The position numbers and the translations under genes are program-made. The notes beneath the pieces are model-generated. The model did no database searches. It saw only the letters and a list, made by a program, of their open reading frames with translations, and was not told the DNA's origin. From Eledone cirrhosa (Eukaryota): a stretch of DNA of 64,000 nucleotides. The stretch is from the NCBI GenBank assembly GCA_964016885.1, contig OZ024742.1, positions 1,736,001-1,800,000 on the forward strand. The letters are read 5' to 3'. Positions 33,019 to 46,280 of the stretch are shown here, in pieces; the first letter of the stretch is position 1; each line of letters starts with the position of its first letter.

Positions 33019-34858
33019 TCAATGTGTCCGGGATGATGCCGGTGTACTTAGTGTCACGAATGATCAGAAAAAGGAGGCCTGGAAATGTCATTATGAGAGA
33101 CTGATGAATGTGGAGAACGAATGGGAGAGAGAGAAATTACCCTTGGTGGGTCCGACAAAGGGACCAGCTATTGAGATTGACGAATATAGGGTCCAAGAGG
33201 AGATTAGGGAAATGAAAAATGGTAAGGCTGCCGGACCATCGGGAATAGTTGCTGAGATGCTGAAGGCATCAGGGGACGTAGGCACTAAACTGGTTGCACG
33301 CATCATCAATCAGACTATATATGGTGGTGTCATACCCAAAGACTGGTGCAGCAGTATTCTCATAAATTGCTACAAAGGTAAAGGGGATGCTTTGGAGAGG
33401 AGCAATTATAGGGGTATAAAACTGATAGATCAGGTTATGAAAGTGGCAGAAAGGATTTTAGCACAACTAATTAGAGAAAGGGTCAAACTAGATGAGATGC
33501 AGTTTGGTTTTGTGCCTGGGAAGAGTACAACAGATGCCCTCTTCTTGGTGAGACAATTGCAAGAGAGGTTCTTAGAGAAGAATAAGCCACTATACTTAGC
33601 CTTTGTTGACCTAGAGAAGGCCTTTGATAGGGTACCCCGATCTGTCATCTGGTGGTCCCTAAGGAAGCTAGGTGTTGAGGAATGGCTTGTGAGGACAGTG
33701 CAAACTTTGTACAGAGGTACTCTCAGTAAAGTCAGGGTAGGAATGGAGTTTAGTGAGGAATTCTAGATACAAGTAGGAGTACATCGGGGTTCGGTCCTCA
33801 GCCCGCTCTTGTTCATTATAGTCCTCCAAGCCATAACAGAGGAGTTTAAGACTGGCTGTCTATGGGAACTTCTCTACGCTGACGATCTGGTTCTTATAGC
33901 AGAATCAGTAGAGGAGCTAGAGAATAAATTCTGGCTATGGAAACAGCAGTTGGAAGCAAGAGGACTGAGAGTGAATCTAGCTAAGACAAAAGTGTTGATG
34001 AGTAGAAAAGAGGACAAAACCCTGATTCCGTCAGGGAAATGGCCATGTTCGATATGCAGAAAAGGAACTGGCATAAATTCTATAAAATGCACACAATGCA
34101 GATCCTTGGTACACAAGAGATGTAGCGGGATAGCAGGCAAACTAACAGGTAGGGAGAAATATGTATGCAGTAGATGAACAGGGAAATTAGACAGTAGAAG
34201 TCGCACTGCTAGACACATTTTTCAAATGTAAGAGGGCGCTATAGAAGTGGTGGATAGCTTCCGGTACCTAGGAGATCAGATTAGCATGGGAGGAGGGTGT
34301 TCCGAGGCCATAGTATCTAGAATAAGGACGGGTTGGAAGAAGTTTAGGGAGCTGCTTCCTCTGTTGACGAAGAAGGGTTTCTCCCTGCGTACGAAAGGCC
34401 GGTTGTATGATGCCTGTGTGAGGAGCGCGATGCTGCATGGTAGTGAGACATGGGCAGCAACTGGCTGGAGAGAAATGAGGCAAGCATGCTCCATTGGATG
34501 TGCAGTGTAAATGTGCATGAACGACCCAGCATAAATGTGTTGAGAGAGAAACTGTGTCTGAGGGGGATAGAATGTAGTGTACGGGAGAGGAGACTGAGGT
34601 GGTATGGACATGTGATGCGCATGGAGGATGACCGATGGGTGAAGAAGTGCCAGGAATTGCCAGTTGAAGGAAGACGTGGTAGAGGTAGACCACGAAAAAC
34701 ATGGGCAGAGGTGGTGAGAACAGACCTCAGATCATTGAAGCTCACGGTGGAGATGACGAGGGACCGTGACGAGTGGAGAGATGCTGTGCTGAATAAGACC
34801 CGTCCCACCCTTGCAAGCAGGGAAAAGCGGATGTAAAATGATGATGATGATGATGATT
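33019..34858 (+). mobile_element. Divergent PHD-bearing RTE LINE subfamily, 5'-truncated pseudogene with almost no 3' UTR
   Basis: RT motifs with stops (33764, 34175) and a deletion near 34460; ends CCCACCCTTGCAAGCAGGGAAAAGCGGATGTAAAATGATGATG. Confidence 0.93.
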
Positions 34859-35163
34859 ATGTATGTATGTATGTAGAATAGAAAACGAAAAATCAGTGAT
34901 GCATCTGAACTCAATTTATTGTGTGTTACAATTGTTTCCCTGGTGGACAGCTCGAGATGCTATCATTGTGTAGATCTCCTTGATTCTCGACCTGCAGGTT
35001 CGGCAGACATGTCTAATGATTTCGGAGCATATTCTTCTCGTGAGAGAATATGTATGTATATATATATATCCATGTATGTATAATATATATATATGTTTAT
35101 GTGTGTGTATATATATATGTATGTATGTCTAATATATACCCACTTGTATGTGTCAATTTACAG

Positions 35164-35356
35164 GGTTCAGTTGGAAATAACCAGGTGTTTGGCTTCCCTC
35201 TTGAGTCATTGATAACTGACGGAGAAAATGTGCCTTTGGTAGCTGAAAAGTTAATCTCAGCTATAGAACTACACGGTCTTTATACAGTTGGATTATACCG
35301 GAAATGTGGTGCTGCTGCTAAAGTGAAGCAGTTGAAGAGTGCAGTAGATGAAGAAG
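35164..35356 (+). CDS. myo9: Myosin IX RhoGAP exon 1 (QVFGFPLESL...VPLVAEKLISAIELHGLYTVGLYRKCG)
   Basis: FG.PL and GLYR arginine-finger motifs of RhoGAP; ttacag/gtgaga. Confidence 0.96.
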
Positions 35357-35499
35357 GTGAGAAGACTGTATAACTGGGGGGAGGGCGACTGTAGAAGGGC
35401 AGGTAATTGCTCTTCTCTGTCTACCAGCATTTTCATCTTTCTTTCTCCCCCCCCCCCCCCCCCTCATTCTGGCACATGGTCAAAGAAGGGCCAGTTTAA

Positions 35500-35875
35500 A
35501 CCCACCTACCCACCTCCTACCCACACAGCCACCTACCCACCTACCTACCCAGCACCTATCTACCCACCCAACCACCTACCCACCCACCTACCTACCCACC
35601 CACCAACCTACCCACCCACCTACCTACCCACCGAGCAACCTACCCACCTACCTACCCAGCCACCTACCCACCACCTACCCACACATCCACCTACCCACCC
35701 ACTTACCCACCCACTACATACCCACCCAAACACCTACCCACACAACCACCTACCCACCTACCTACCCACCCACCTACCTACCCACCCGACCACCTACCCA
35801 CCCTCCTGCACAGCCATCCACTTACCCACTCGCCTACCTACCCACCCTCCTACCTACCCACCCAGCCACCTACCA
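35500..35875. repeat. Degenerate (CCCA/CCTA)n tract
   Basis: Direct reading. Confidence 0.85.
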
Positions 35876-35929
35876 ATCTTTCAGTCAATCAAGGTGAATA
35901 TCTCTAAAAAGAGTGAAAGGACAGATGTA

Positions 35930-36527
35930 GTGTTGTTACTGTTGTTGTTGTTACTGTTGTTGTTGTTACTGTTGTTGTTGTTGTTGTTGTTGTTACTGTT
36001 GTTGTTGTTACTGTTGTTGTTGTTGTTACTGTTGTTGTTGTTGTTGTTGTTGTTGTTACTGTTGTTGTTACTGTTGTTGTTGTTGTTGTTACTGTTATTG
36101 TTGTTACTGTTGTTGTTGTTGTTACTGCTGTTGTTGTTGTTACTGTTGTTGTTGTTGTTGTTACTGTTGTTGTTGTTGTTACTGTTGTTGTTGTTACTGT
36201 TGTTGTTGTTGTTACTGTTGTTGTTGTTACTGTTGTTGTTGTTGTTGTTGTTGTTACTGCTGTTGTTGTTGTTACTGTTGTTGTTGTTGTTACTGTTGTT
36301 GTTGTTACTGTTGTTGTTGTTGCTGTTGTTGTTGTTGTTGTTACTGTTGTTGTTGTTGTTACTGTTGTTGTTACTGTTGTTGTTGTTGTTACTGTTGTTG
36401 TTGTTGTTGTTACTGTTGTTGTTGTTGTTGTTACTGTTGTTGTTGTTGTTGTTACTGTTGTTGTTGTTACTGTTGTTGTTGTTGTTACTGTTGTTGTTGT
36501 TGTTACTGTTGTTGTTGTTGTTGTTAC

Positions 36528-36576
<49 letters not shown>

Positions 36577-36630
36577 ACTGTTGTTGTTGTTACTGTTGTT
36601 TTTACTGTTGTTGTTGTTGTTGTTACTGTT

Positions 36631-36661
<31 letters not shown>

Positions 36662-36850
36662 TTACTGTTGTTGTTGTTGTTACTGTTGTTGTTACTGTTG
36701 TTGTTGTTGTTACTGTTGTTGTTGTTGTTGTTGTTACTGTTGTTGTTGTTGTTGTTGTTGTTACTGTTGTTGTTGTTGTTACTGTTGTTGTTGTTGTTGT
36801 TGTTGTTACTGTTGTTGTTGTTACTGTTGTTGTTGTTGTTGTTACTGTTG
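35930..36850. repeat. About 920-bp interrupted (GTT)n trinucleotide tract with GTTACT variants
   Basis: Direct reading; ends about 23 nt upstream of the RhoGAP exon at 36874. Confidence 0.97.
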
Positions 36851-36873
36851 TCCTCCATCTCTCTCTATTTTAG

Positions 36874-37002
36874 GTATTGAAAACGTAGATTTAGATGAAT
36901 ATCCAATCCATGTCCTCACCACGACATTGAAGTGTTTCTTCCGTGAGCTTCCAGAACCACTTTTAACATATGATCTTTATGATGATTTCATCCAAGCCTC
37001 AG
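36874..37002 (+). CDS. myo9: Myosin IX RhoGAP exon 2 (IHVLTTTLKCFFRELPEPLLTYDLYDDFIQAS)
   Basis: K.FFRELPEPLLT RhoGAP motif; ttttag/gtaaga. Confidence 0.96.
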
Positions 37003-37089
37003 GTAAGACACTGTCTATCTGTCTCTCACTCACTCTCTCTGTCTCTCACTCACTCTCTCTGTCTCTCACTCACTCTCTCTGTCTCTCAC

Positions 37090-37164
<75 letters not shown>

Positions 37165-38498
37165 TAAGTCCATAGAATCATTAGATAAAATATATACAGT
37201 ATTTCTTCTCCCAATCAGCATAAATCAACCACACAAAAAATCATTTAAACGAGGCTATAAGTTTAAAATATACTTATGAAGAAACAGTAGATAAATGATA
37301 TAGCTTTTTATCCGCAACTCAGCTACAGAAAATTTACCTAGTATTTCTGATAGCCTGTAGAAATTGACTAGACAAGTCAACACGTTAGAATTTACTTAAT
37401 TTATTCATAATTACTGTTAAATATATTTCGATGATGCAACAGTTATGACTTGTATGTATATATGAAAAGAGTCAGGACTCCGTGTATGTATTTGTGTATG
37501 CATGTGTGTGTATGTGGTATATGTTTGTTTAGATATATGTGAGTGTGTAAGTATTTGTGTATGTGTAATAACAAATATTCTTCCTCTATACGAGGAGCTG
37601 TCAAAACGGCCGGAGCTCAGCCGTCGGGGTCCTGACTCTTTTCATATTACCCACTCTATTACCCTAAGTATCGAGTACTCTGGTGCGTTATGGTCCATCT
37701 GGTATCTTACCACACCTTCTTTGTTATATAAATATATATATATATATATATAACTAAGCAAATGGCACAGTACAATGAAGAAATTTATTATTTGTTTTAT
37801 GCTTGATATAGTAGGAAAAGTGTTTCGGATACTAGTCCTTCATCAGAAAATAGAATGAGAGATTAAAGAAGAAATAGAATGATAGAGGAGAGTGAGAAGG
37901 GGCAGAAAAGAAAAGAATTCCTTAGAAAAAAAGCAGGTCCATTTAGGATGCCATCTCTTGGAAAATTGTTGAATTCAGCATTGGTATATAAGGATTTCAG
38001 TTAGTGAACTTTTGAAAAGCTGTTATCAAAGGCATCTGTATCCTACTGAAAAGGAAACAAATTCTTTTGTATATAGTGGATGTGTATGTGTGTAATATAT
38101 AGTTCAAATGAAGGCTCGTGGTTTAGTGGTTAGAGTGTTGAACTCACAATCATAAGGTTGTGAGTTTGAATCCCAGACCAGGCAGTGTGTCGTTCTTGAG
38201 CAAAACACTTTATTTTACATTGCACCAGTTCACTCTGCTGTAGAAATGAGTTGCGATGTCACTGGTACCAATCTGTAAACATCATTGCCTTTCCCTTGGA
38301 CAACATCGGAGGCATGGAGAGACTGGTATACATGGGTGACTGCTGGTCATCTAAAGACACACTTTGCCCAGGCTTGTGCCTCAGGGGGGAACTTTTCAGG
38401 GGCCTATGGTAGTTCAAGAAATGACAAGACAAATACAGTTATACAAGAATACAAAGTCTTAGTAGTTTCCTGTTCATATATCTATCTGTTCTCTCTAG

Positions 38499-38604
38499 AA
38501 ATCAAAGAGTCAGTGGAGGCTATCCAAGCATTATATGCTGTCACAGAACGTCTTCCTAAGTCAAACTACCATCTATTTGAACGTCTCATATTCCATCTGG
38601 CCCG
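38499..38604 (+). CDS. myo9: Myosin IX RhoGAP exon 3 (IKESVEAIQALYAVTERLPKSNYHLFERLIFHLAR)
   Basis: LP..N...ERLIFHL motif; ctctag/gtaagt. Confidence 0.96.
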
Positions 38605-38740
38605 GTAAGTGGAACAATCTCCTTCATTCTTTACTGTCACACTGGTGTGTCTGTGTCTGTCTGTATGTGTGTGTTTGTAAGTATGCAATGTACCAACTGT
38701 AGGTGTACATAAAAGCTGTGTGTGTATGTAATGTACCAGC

Positions 38741-38773
<33 letters not shown>

Positions 38774-38949
38774 TTATTAAAATAACAGATTAAAGTTTAA
38801 GCAAAGAATCGCTGCTTTCACCCTTAACGGGATTAAATATTTGCTCTACGGTTCTTATGTATTTGATATATATTTATCCTTATCGAGCCCTCTTTGGATT
38901 TTAGTCTTCAAATTTATTATTATTACTATATATAAATATATATATATAT

Positions 38950-39293
38950 GGAGGCACATGGCTTAGTGGTTAGAGCATTGGCCTTGCAATCGAAAGGTTG
39001 TGAGTTCAATTCTCAGACCGGGTGATGTGTTGTTTCCTTGAGCAAGACACTTTATTTCACATTGCTCCAGTTTACTCAGCTGTAGAAATGAGATGATAGG
39101 GACTGGGGTCCATATCATTCCACTGCAAAGTGGTTGTGGAGGTGCCACAGCAAAAAAGCACCCAGCACTCACTGTAAATGAGGTTGGTGTTAGGAAGGGC
39201 ATCCAGCTGTAGAAATCAAGCCAGCATCAGTTCCCGTCCCACCCTTGCAAGCAGGGAAAAAAGCGGACGTAAAATGAAATGATGATGATGATG

Positions 39294-39295
<2 letters not shown>
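38950..39295 (+). mobile_element. Full-length tRNA-derived SINE family 1 (V-domain-like CCTTGAGCAAG core, RTE-derived tail); near-identical copy at 60912-61247
   Basis: A box TGGCTTAGTGG, B box GAGTTCAATTC, (GAT)n tail, flanked by (TA)n. Confidence 0.92.
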
Positions 39296-39329
<34 letters not shown>

Positions 39330-39514
39330 ATGTATCTACCAGATGCTTATGCCCGTATCAATTGTGTATATATATATATGTGTGCGTATACATATATCTG
39401 TTTTAAATAATTGTAAAATACTGATTTGTCTTAAGAAATATATTTCAGCAATCTTTCTCCTCTTCCTCATCTCTTCCTTCCCCCCTCCTTTCTCTTCCTC
39501 CTTCCCCCTCCTAG

Positions 39515-39646
39515 TGTGGCACAACATGAAGACAGCAACAAGATGTCTGCTAATGGTTTGGCCATCATATTTGTTCCTTGTCTTTTACTAACCAACAAGA
39601 AGATGCAAGCACAAGAATCATTACAACAAGTGCCCAAACAGTCTCA
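39515..39646 (+). CDS. myo9: Myosin IX RhoGAP exon 4 (VAQHEDSNKMSANGLAIIFVPCLL...)
   Basis: NKMS...LAIIF.PCL motif; long pyrimidine tract plus ctag, gtaagt donor; phase 2/2. Confidence 0.95.
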
Positions 39647-40069
39647 GTAAGTTTCACAACTTTACACCAACCAGTTCTTCACATTTCCCTCATTTTCTTC
39701 ACATTTTCTTCAGATGTTCTTCACATTTTATCTTTCATATTTTGTACCATACAAGCAAAGCTTTCATCGTTGTTGTTCCCCCTTTCTACCTTTCATTTGT
39801 GTGTGTTAGGGTGGGGGGAGGTTGATAAAGAATGTTCTGGTACAGTCATCTCTCGTTGCTGTCACGTTCTGGGATGTTTTACTGGGTCAAGTGTGGGAAG
39901 GAAGGTGGTGAGGGTGTGTATGTCTGTCTGTTCATGACAGTATGACCACCTAAAACCCTTAATAAAAGCAGGGTACATACTACTCTATTGCAAGTGATGG
40001 TCATAATTGGAGGGGATAAGTTAATAGAGAGAACTTAACAGGGTTTGTGTAAAGACCCCTATGGTCATC

Positions 40070-40252
40070 CGTGACCATAGGGTTCACAGGATGACCATGG
40101 GGTTCACACCTAGACAGATGACCATGGGTTTCATGGGATGACCATGGGGTTCAAACCTAGATGACCATGGGGTTCACACCTGGATGACCATGGGGTTCAA
40201 ACCTGGATGACCATGGGGTTCACACCTGGAGGACCATGGGGTTCACACCTAG
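40070..40252. repeat. About 23-bp tandem repeat GGATGACCATGGGGTTCACACCT
   Basis: About 8 imperfect copies. Confidence 0.85.
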
Positions 40253-41999
40253 AAAGTACTCCTCCAAGGTACAGGTCTGGACAAGTTTGTGGAAGACCAG
40301 CAGTCAGCCATGTTTACCAGTCTCCCCTCTCCACACCACCAATGTCCAAGGTAATGACTGATACAGTTTAGCACCAGTGACATCACAACAGGGAAGTGTA
40401 GGTATGTGTATGTGAGTGTAAGTGTATATCTGTATGTGAGTGTGTGTGTATGTACATATATGTGTGTGTGGATGTACATATGTGTGTGTGTATTCCCTGA
40501 AAACCAGAGTTCCGCTAGACAGAGATTGTTTGCTTGTTTTATTTATTTTTCTTTAAGTAGGATTTGTGGCCTTCATCAAGGGACAGATATTTCTTATGTA
40601 GCCAACAATTTAAGGTGGCATTTCCAAACGTGAGCGATCTCTTTTTGTCTGCGGATAACATTTTTTGACCATGTTCACCTAACCCTTTATTTCCAACTCG
40701 TGTGAACTTTTAAAGACCATCATCTTCTCATTGTTCCTAATACTTGTAGTTGTCTTACTAATTCAATTGTTTTCTTCTTTACAATGAAATGTTATTATTG
40801 ATATTATTATGTCCTTATATATATATTATTTAGTAAGGTATGATTTGAGGAAGATTTGGTTGCTATTTTTATTATTGCTAGTGGCAGTTTATATATATAT
40901 TTATTATATATATATTTACATTTAGTTGTGTATATTTATATTTAGTTGCTGATCTACACAATAAACACACACACTACATGCTGTAAAGTGGTTGGTGTTA
41001 GGAAGGGAATCCAGCTCTCTTGCCAAACATTAGCTTGGGGGACTCTTCAGTTTGTGTCAAAAGACAAGACAACTTAAACTCTGCCTGTACATAAGTGAGA
41101 TACAGACCCCTCAGCCTGTCTAGGAAGTCAGTAGCCCCATTTCAATACTGATTTGGTCTATGTAGATCCATCCAACCCTTGCTAGCAGGGGGTAAATATA
41201 TATATATATATATACATATATAAGAGAGAGGGGGGGGGGGTATGGGAGAGGTGACTCTATCTACATCACCTGATATCATTAACATGAAAAGATTTAATTT
41301 GATTTCTATCCTTACTAATTTCATTTCTATCTATCTTTAGTAGTATTATTGGTAGTGGTAGTAATAGAAGTATTATTATTATTATTATTATTATTTGGCA
41401 GTATCGGTAGAGGGTTGGACGCCATGCTTTGCAGCAAAGAGTTACGGCCCTTTATAGTCTGAGTTCAAATCCCGCCGAGGTTAACTTTGCCTTTCATCCT
41501 TACGGGGTCGATATAATAAAGTACCAGTAATACACTGGGATAATTGCTGGCCTTGTGCCAAAAGTAGAAACAATTATTATTATTATTAGTAGTAATAGTA
41601 ACAGTGGTGGTAGTAGTAGTATTAGCAGTAGTGGTGGTGGTGGTAGTAGTAGTATAGTATAATTGGTATTTGTTATTGCTTTAGTCCCTTCATAATTAAT
41701 TAATTAATTACATTTTATTTGTTTGTTTGATAAATTTAATTAACTCTGATATGGTTTTGTAGGAACAGAGGTACTGTCCCCCTCCATATATTTTGCCTGA
41801 ATCCTCTGTAGACCTTAGTTCTAGACTGTGGTGGTAGTGGTAGTAGAGTTGATAAAATAAATTACCAGTAATACACTGGGGTCAATTTAATCAACTTTCT
41901 CCTCCCCCAAAATTGTTGGCCTTGTGCCTAAATCAGAAACCATTATTATTATTACTTTGATATCTCAGTCATTAATGTTATTTAATCAGAAAGTTTTGC

Positions 42000-42340
42000 C
42001 TTAATAAACATCAAGCTGCTACCTGCAGCCTCAGGACATATTGGGTCCTTGCTGTCCAGCAGCCTCAGGACATATTGGGTCCTTGCTGTCCTGCAGCCTC
42101 AGGACATATTGGGTCCTTGCTGTTTCCAGTAGGCAAACCTTTTGAAAAAAGGGGCATTTTAGACAGTCTTTGAGATAGTACCTAGTGTTCCTATGACAAT
42201 AAGGATGGCCTTGATTTTAAGACAGTCCCAAATCCTTTTTAGTTCCCACTTTAGATTCTGGTCTCGGTTAATTTTCTCTTCCTCCTTTTCTTACACTCTT
42301 GTGTCAAAGGGGTTACCTCTATAATGAAGCAAGATTTTTA
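42000..42340 (-). mobile_element. Restriction-like-endonuclease non-LTR element remnant (R4/Dong-like), 3' end triplicated as a 34-bp unit
   Basis: Minus-strand translation CFIIEV..FDTRV*EKEEEKINRDQNLKWELKRIW...IVIGTLGTI. Confidence 0.75.
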
Positions 42341-42604
42341 TTGTTATATCTCACCAAGGTTAGCTTTGTCTTTCATCCTTACGGGGCAGCTGAAATAAAG
42401 TACAAGTAATGCACAAGTCGTTGGCCTTGTGCCTATATAAGAGACTATTACTATTAGTAGTAGTAGTAGCAGTAGTAGTAGTAGTTTTGCATGTGTTGTG
42501 TTGTTTTTGGAATGTCTTTCCCAATTGTGCATCATGTCTTAATATCATTGGTCATTGCCACAACTATCATTAATGTCCACTTTCCCTGCTGACAATAGCT
42601 GGAC

Positions 42605-42691
<87 letters not shown>

Positions 42692-42831
42692 GCTTTCTCT
42701 ATCAATGTGTGGCTGTTGAGATGTTTACCATAGCATACATAAGAAATTATGTGGAGGGTGTCGCACAGTTATATCACTAAATAAAGTAAAGAAAGAACAC
42801 ATAGGACACATTTTACACATGGGTATATATA

Positions 42832-43350
42832 TTAGGTTGAGGAAAAAGTTTATGTGCCGTGTTAAAATAATGGTCGCTCCATCAACGCTGAACTTTATTG
42901 CGAGCAACTTGATTGAGTCTACGATGCGCTGGTTGAAAAGTACCCAAGTCTTGTTTGTCGAAAACACGCTTTGTTTCAACAAGACAATGCAAAGCTGCAT
43001 ACCGCCAGAAAGACCAGCAACAAGATTGAAGAATTGGACGGTGTGGAAGTTCTGCCGCATCCAGCCTATAGTCCAGACATTGTTCCATCTGCATCCGATC
43101 AATGCAGCACCTAATGAAAGGTCGCCGATTTGAATCATTCGATGAAGTTGAAGAAGCCTGTCAAGAATTTTTTTATTCAAAGCCGAAGGATTGGTACCTT
43201 GACCAAATCCGAAAGCTTGCAGGTCGTTGGCAGAAGGTCGTGGACAATGATGGTCTTTATTTTGAAGAATAGTTGTTGTTGTTTTTGAATAAATTCTTGC
43301 ATAAAAAATCATTATTTTAACACGGCGCACAAACTTTTTCCTCAACCTAG
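42832..43350 (+). mobile_element. Internally deleted mariner DNA transposon
   Basis: About 41-bp TIRs (TTAGGTTGAGGAAAAAGTTT... / ...AAACTTTTTCCTCAACCTAG), TA on both sides, QQDNAKLHTA...LPHPAYSPDIVPS transposase remnant. Confidence 0.92.
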
Positions 43351-44252
43351 TATATTTTTATATATATACACATGATGATGATGATGATGATGATACACAC
43401 AGAGCAGAGAGGACAGTATGATGTATCATATATGTAGCCATCATCATCTATGTCATCAAAACCACTGTCACCACTATTCTCCTCCTCATTGTTGTTTTAA
43501 TACCTGTTTTTCTGTGCTAGCATGGGTTGAATGGAAAATATGTTGAGGCAGTATTTCACAGTTGCCTCCTCTTAACATCTTAATCTCCTCATACAATATA
43601 CAGTGATATGATGTACATTTTCTAAAAACCAAGATAAACTTAGTCCCACTGTTTTTAGAGAGGGTTGTTGCAGTAGTTTTGTTGACAATAATAGTTCCTT
43701 TATTAACGACACAGGGTTTACATTAAGAGAACAATAAGGACAGCATAGGATGATACTGTGTGTGTGTGGGGGGGGGGGGGGGTATAACAAAACTAAAAAT
43801 GAAATAAAAAAGAACTAAAAAATAATAATGGTTTCTGATTTAGGCACAACAACAATTTTGAGGGGAGGGGAAAGTTGATTAAATTGATCCCAGTGCGTTA
43901 CTGGTACTATATGTTATTGACCCCATAAGGAGGAAAGGTAAAACTAAACTTGGGGAGATTTAAACTCAACATAAAAGGACGTAAATATATACCACAAAGC
44001 ATGTCTGATGCTCTACCGATTCTGTCATTCTACCATCCTAAGCCTAAAAAATAATAACGGTAATAAATATAGTTATGAATACAAGTACCATATTTGGGGG
44101 TTGACGAGAGGTGTTAGGGTCTATATGATTTATATGGTTAGGGTTAACATATATGTGATTAGCGTTAGGGTTAACATGATATATAAATTTTAGGATCTTG
44201 AAGAAATGTAGCATTAATCTATAATTTATCAATAACTCTTGTCATATTCCAG

Positions 44253-44388
44253 GTGTATAGAAAGTATAATATCTGAACAGCTTCGGAAACTAAAAGTGAC
44301 GTTAGCCGATATCAGCACGTTGAATACAGCTCAAGCTACTGCCAATGATAGATTAATCCATGTGAGAGCAACTATAAAGACCCCTAAG
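44253..44388 (+). CDS. myo9: Myosin IX post-GAP exon (CIESIISEQLRKLKVTLADISTLNTAQATANDRL...)
   Basis: C.E.II.EQ..K.K..L.DI..L block follows the GAP domain in myosin IX; ttccag/gtgagt. Confidence 0.93.
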
Positions 44389-44675
44389 GTGAGTAGTTTT
44401 ATACACACTCCAGTGTATATAAACAAGATCTTTTGAAATATCTGAAGATATTAACATCCAAAACTTGTACTTCTGCCAGCTCTGGTAGTTCATGTCACCA
44501 TTGACTGCAAAGGAATAATTTATTGATCATAGTAAATGATATTAGCTCTGTTTCTATATATAGAGTACTAATTCTTGTTGATATTGTTGCTACAGACATT
44601 AATACTTTATACAGAAAAACACACACACTCATACATACATATATATCTTATGTATCATTTTGCATCTAATCACAG

Positions 44676-44806
44676 CCTGGTGAATCCCCTGAAGAAGAGT
44701 TTGTAGAACCCATTGAATCCCCAAGCCCTGACAATCTTGGTCTGTTTGATGCCAGAGCAGAAGAACTTGCCTTGTCAGCTCATATAGAATGTATTCAGAA
44801 GGAGAA
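44676..44806 (+). CDS. myo9: Myosin IX tail exon (PGESPEEEFVEP...EELALSAHIECIQKEK)
   Basis: cacag/gtaagt, phase 0/2, open reading frame into the coiled coil. Confidence 0.88.
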
Positions 44807-45049
44807 GTAAGTCCTATTTCACCTGTATGTGGGGAGTCTATATATAACATGTATTAAATTTATGTTGTTGTTCTATATATCACATGTATCTGATATGTGA
44901 TGTCCTATATATCACATGTATTTGATGTGTGTTGTTGTCCTACATACGACATTTATTAAATCTATATTGTCCTATAAATAACATGTATTCAATGTGTAAT
45001 GTCCTATTAACAGCAAAGATATATTAAATCTGATATAATTCTATTACAG

Positions 45050-45204
45050 AGAAGATCTTACATGTAATCTGCCAAGACTGGAGTGTCAACAGTTAAGCTC
45101 TGATGATGAGTCAAATAGTGTCGAGGGCTTACTGTCAAATGCACCTGACTGCACTGATGCAGATGAATCCAACGAAGAATACGCTGTTACCTTTGATCTT
45201 CCAG
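45050..45204 (+). CDS. myo9: Myosin IX tail exon (EDLTCNLPRLECQQLSSDDE...YAVTFDLP)
   Basis: Joined QKEKEDLT...LE....SDDE resembles the myosin IX late-tail motif; ttacag/gtaagt. Confidence 0.9.
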
Positions 45205-45482
45205 GTAAGTTCCAGGTGTTATATCTCACCTGTATGTCTTTCTATGTTACTATCGTGATTGTTATTTCAAGTGTTTAGAAGTTGTTTTGAAAATGTAAAG
45301 AACTATGAAATATCATATAAGACACACTATGATTACCCACCGGGTGGCTAAATCGGTAGAGCATCAGAGAAATACATCAACTGGTATTTAGACTCTTTAT
45401 ATTGCTGAGTTAACATCCTACCCTGCTTTATTTTGCTGTTTAACCTATCAAGGTCAGTAAAATAATAACTATACCTTAGAAA

Positions 45483-45848
45483 GCAGTGCCCCAGCATGGC
45501 CTCAGTCCCTAGCTGTGTCCTAGCTGACCACAGTTGCCTAGCAGTGCCTCAGCATAGCCACAGTCCCCCAACAGTATCCCAGCATGACCACAGGGCCGTA
45601 GCAGTGCCTCAGCATGGTCACAGTCCCTCAGCAGTGTCCTAGCATGTCCACGGGGCCATAGCAGTATCCAAGCATGGCCACAGTCACCTAGCAGTATCCC
45701 AGCATGGCCACAGTCACCTAGCAGTATCCCAGCATGGCCACAGTCACCTAGCAGTATCCCAGCATGGCCACAGTCACCTAGCAGTATCCCAGCATGGCCA
45801 CAGTCACCTAGCAGTGTTCCAGCATGGCCACAGTCCAGTGACTGAAAC
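45483..45848. repeat. 30-bp tandem repeat GCAGTATCCCAGCATGGCCACAGTCACCTA at the tail of a degenerate SINE
   Basis: About 12 copies, preceded by SINE-like sequence at 45340-45460 and ending in TGACTGAAAC. Confidence 0.8.
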
Positions 45849-45970
45849 CAGTCATTGATACAGCAGTCCTATGACAAGACATTGTGTATCACCAGTTTAG
45901 CCTAGATCAAACACTGCTATAATATGGAAGTATTTTGTTAAATAATCCGGAACAACCCACAGATACATCT

Positions 45971-46280
45971 TCCTAGTCACACTGTCCTAGTCACGCCGTC
46001 CTAGTCACACCCTCTTAGTCACGCCGTCCTAGTCACGTCATCCTAGTCACACCCTCTTAGTCACACTGTCCTAGTCACACCCTCTTAGTCACACCCTCTT
46101 AGTCACACCCACCTAGTCACACCGTCCTAGTCACACCCTCTTAGTCACACCCACCTAGTCACACCGTCCTAGTCACACCCACCTAGTCACACCGTCCTAG
46201 TCACACCCTCTTAGTCATATCCACCTAGTCACACCGTCCTAGTCACATCCTCTTAGTCATATCCACCTAGTCACACCCTC
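45971..46280. repeat. 14-bp tandem repeat TC(C/T)TAGTCACACC(G/C)
   Basis: About 22 imperfect copies. Confidence 0.88.

Noticed and set aside
35348-36880. 510-aa poly-Leu ORF and antisense poly-Asn ORF
   Set aside because: Translation of intronic (GTT)n and (CCCA)n tracts between two RhoGAP exons
37812-37850. Minus-strand CTGATGA-AGGACTAGTATCC-GAAA hammerhead core
   Set aside because: Stems I and III do not pair; at best a decayed remnant
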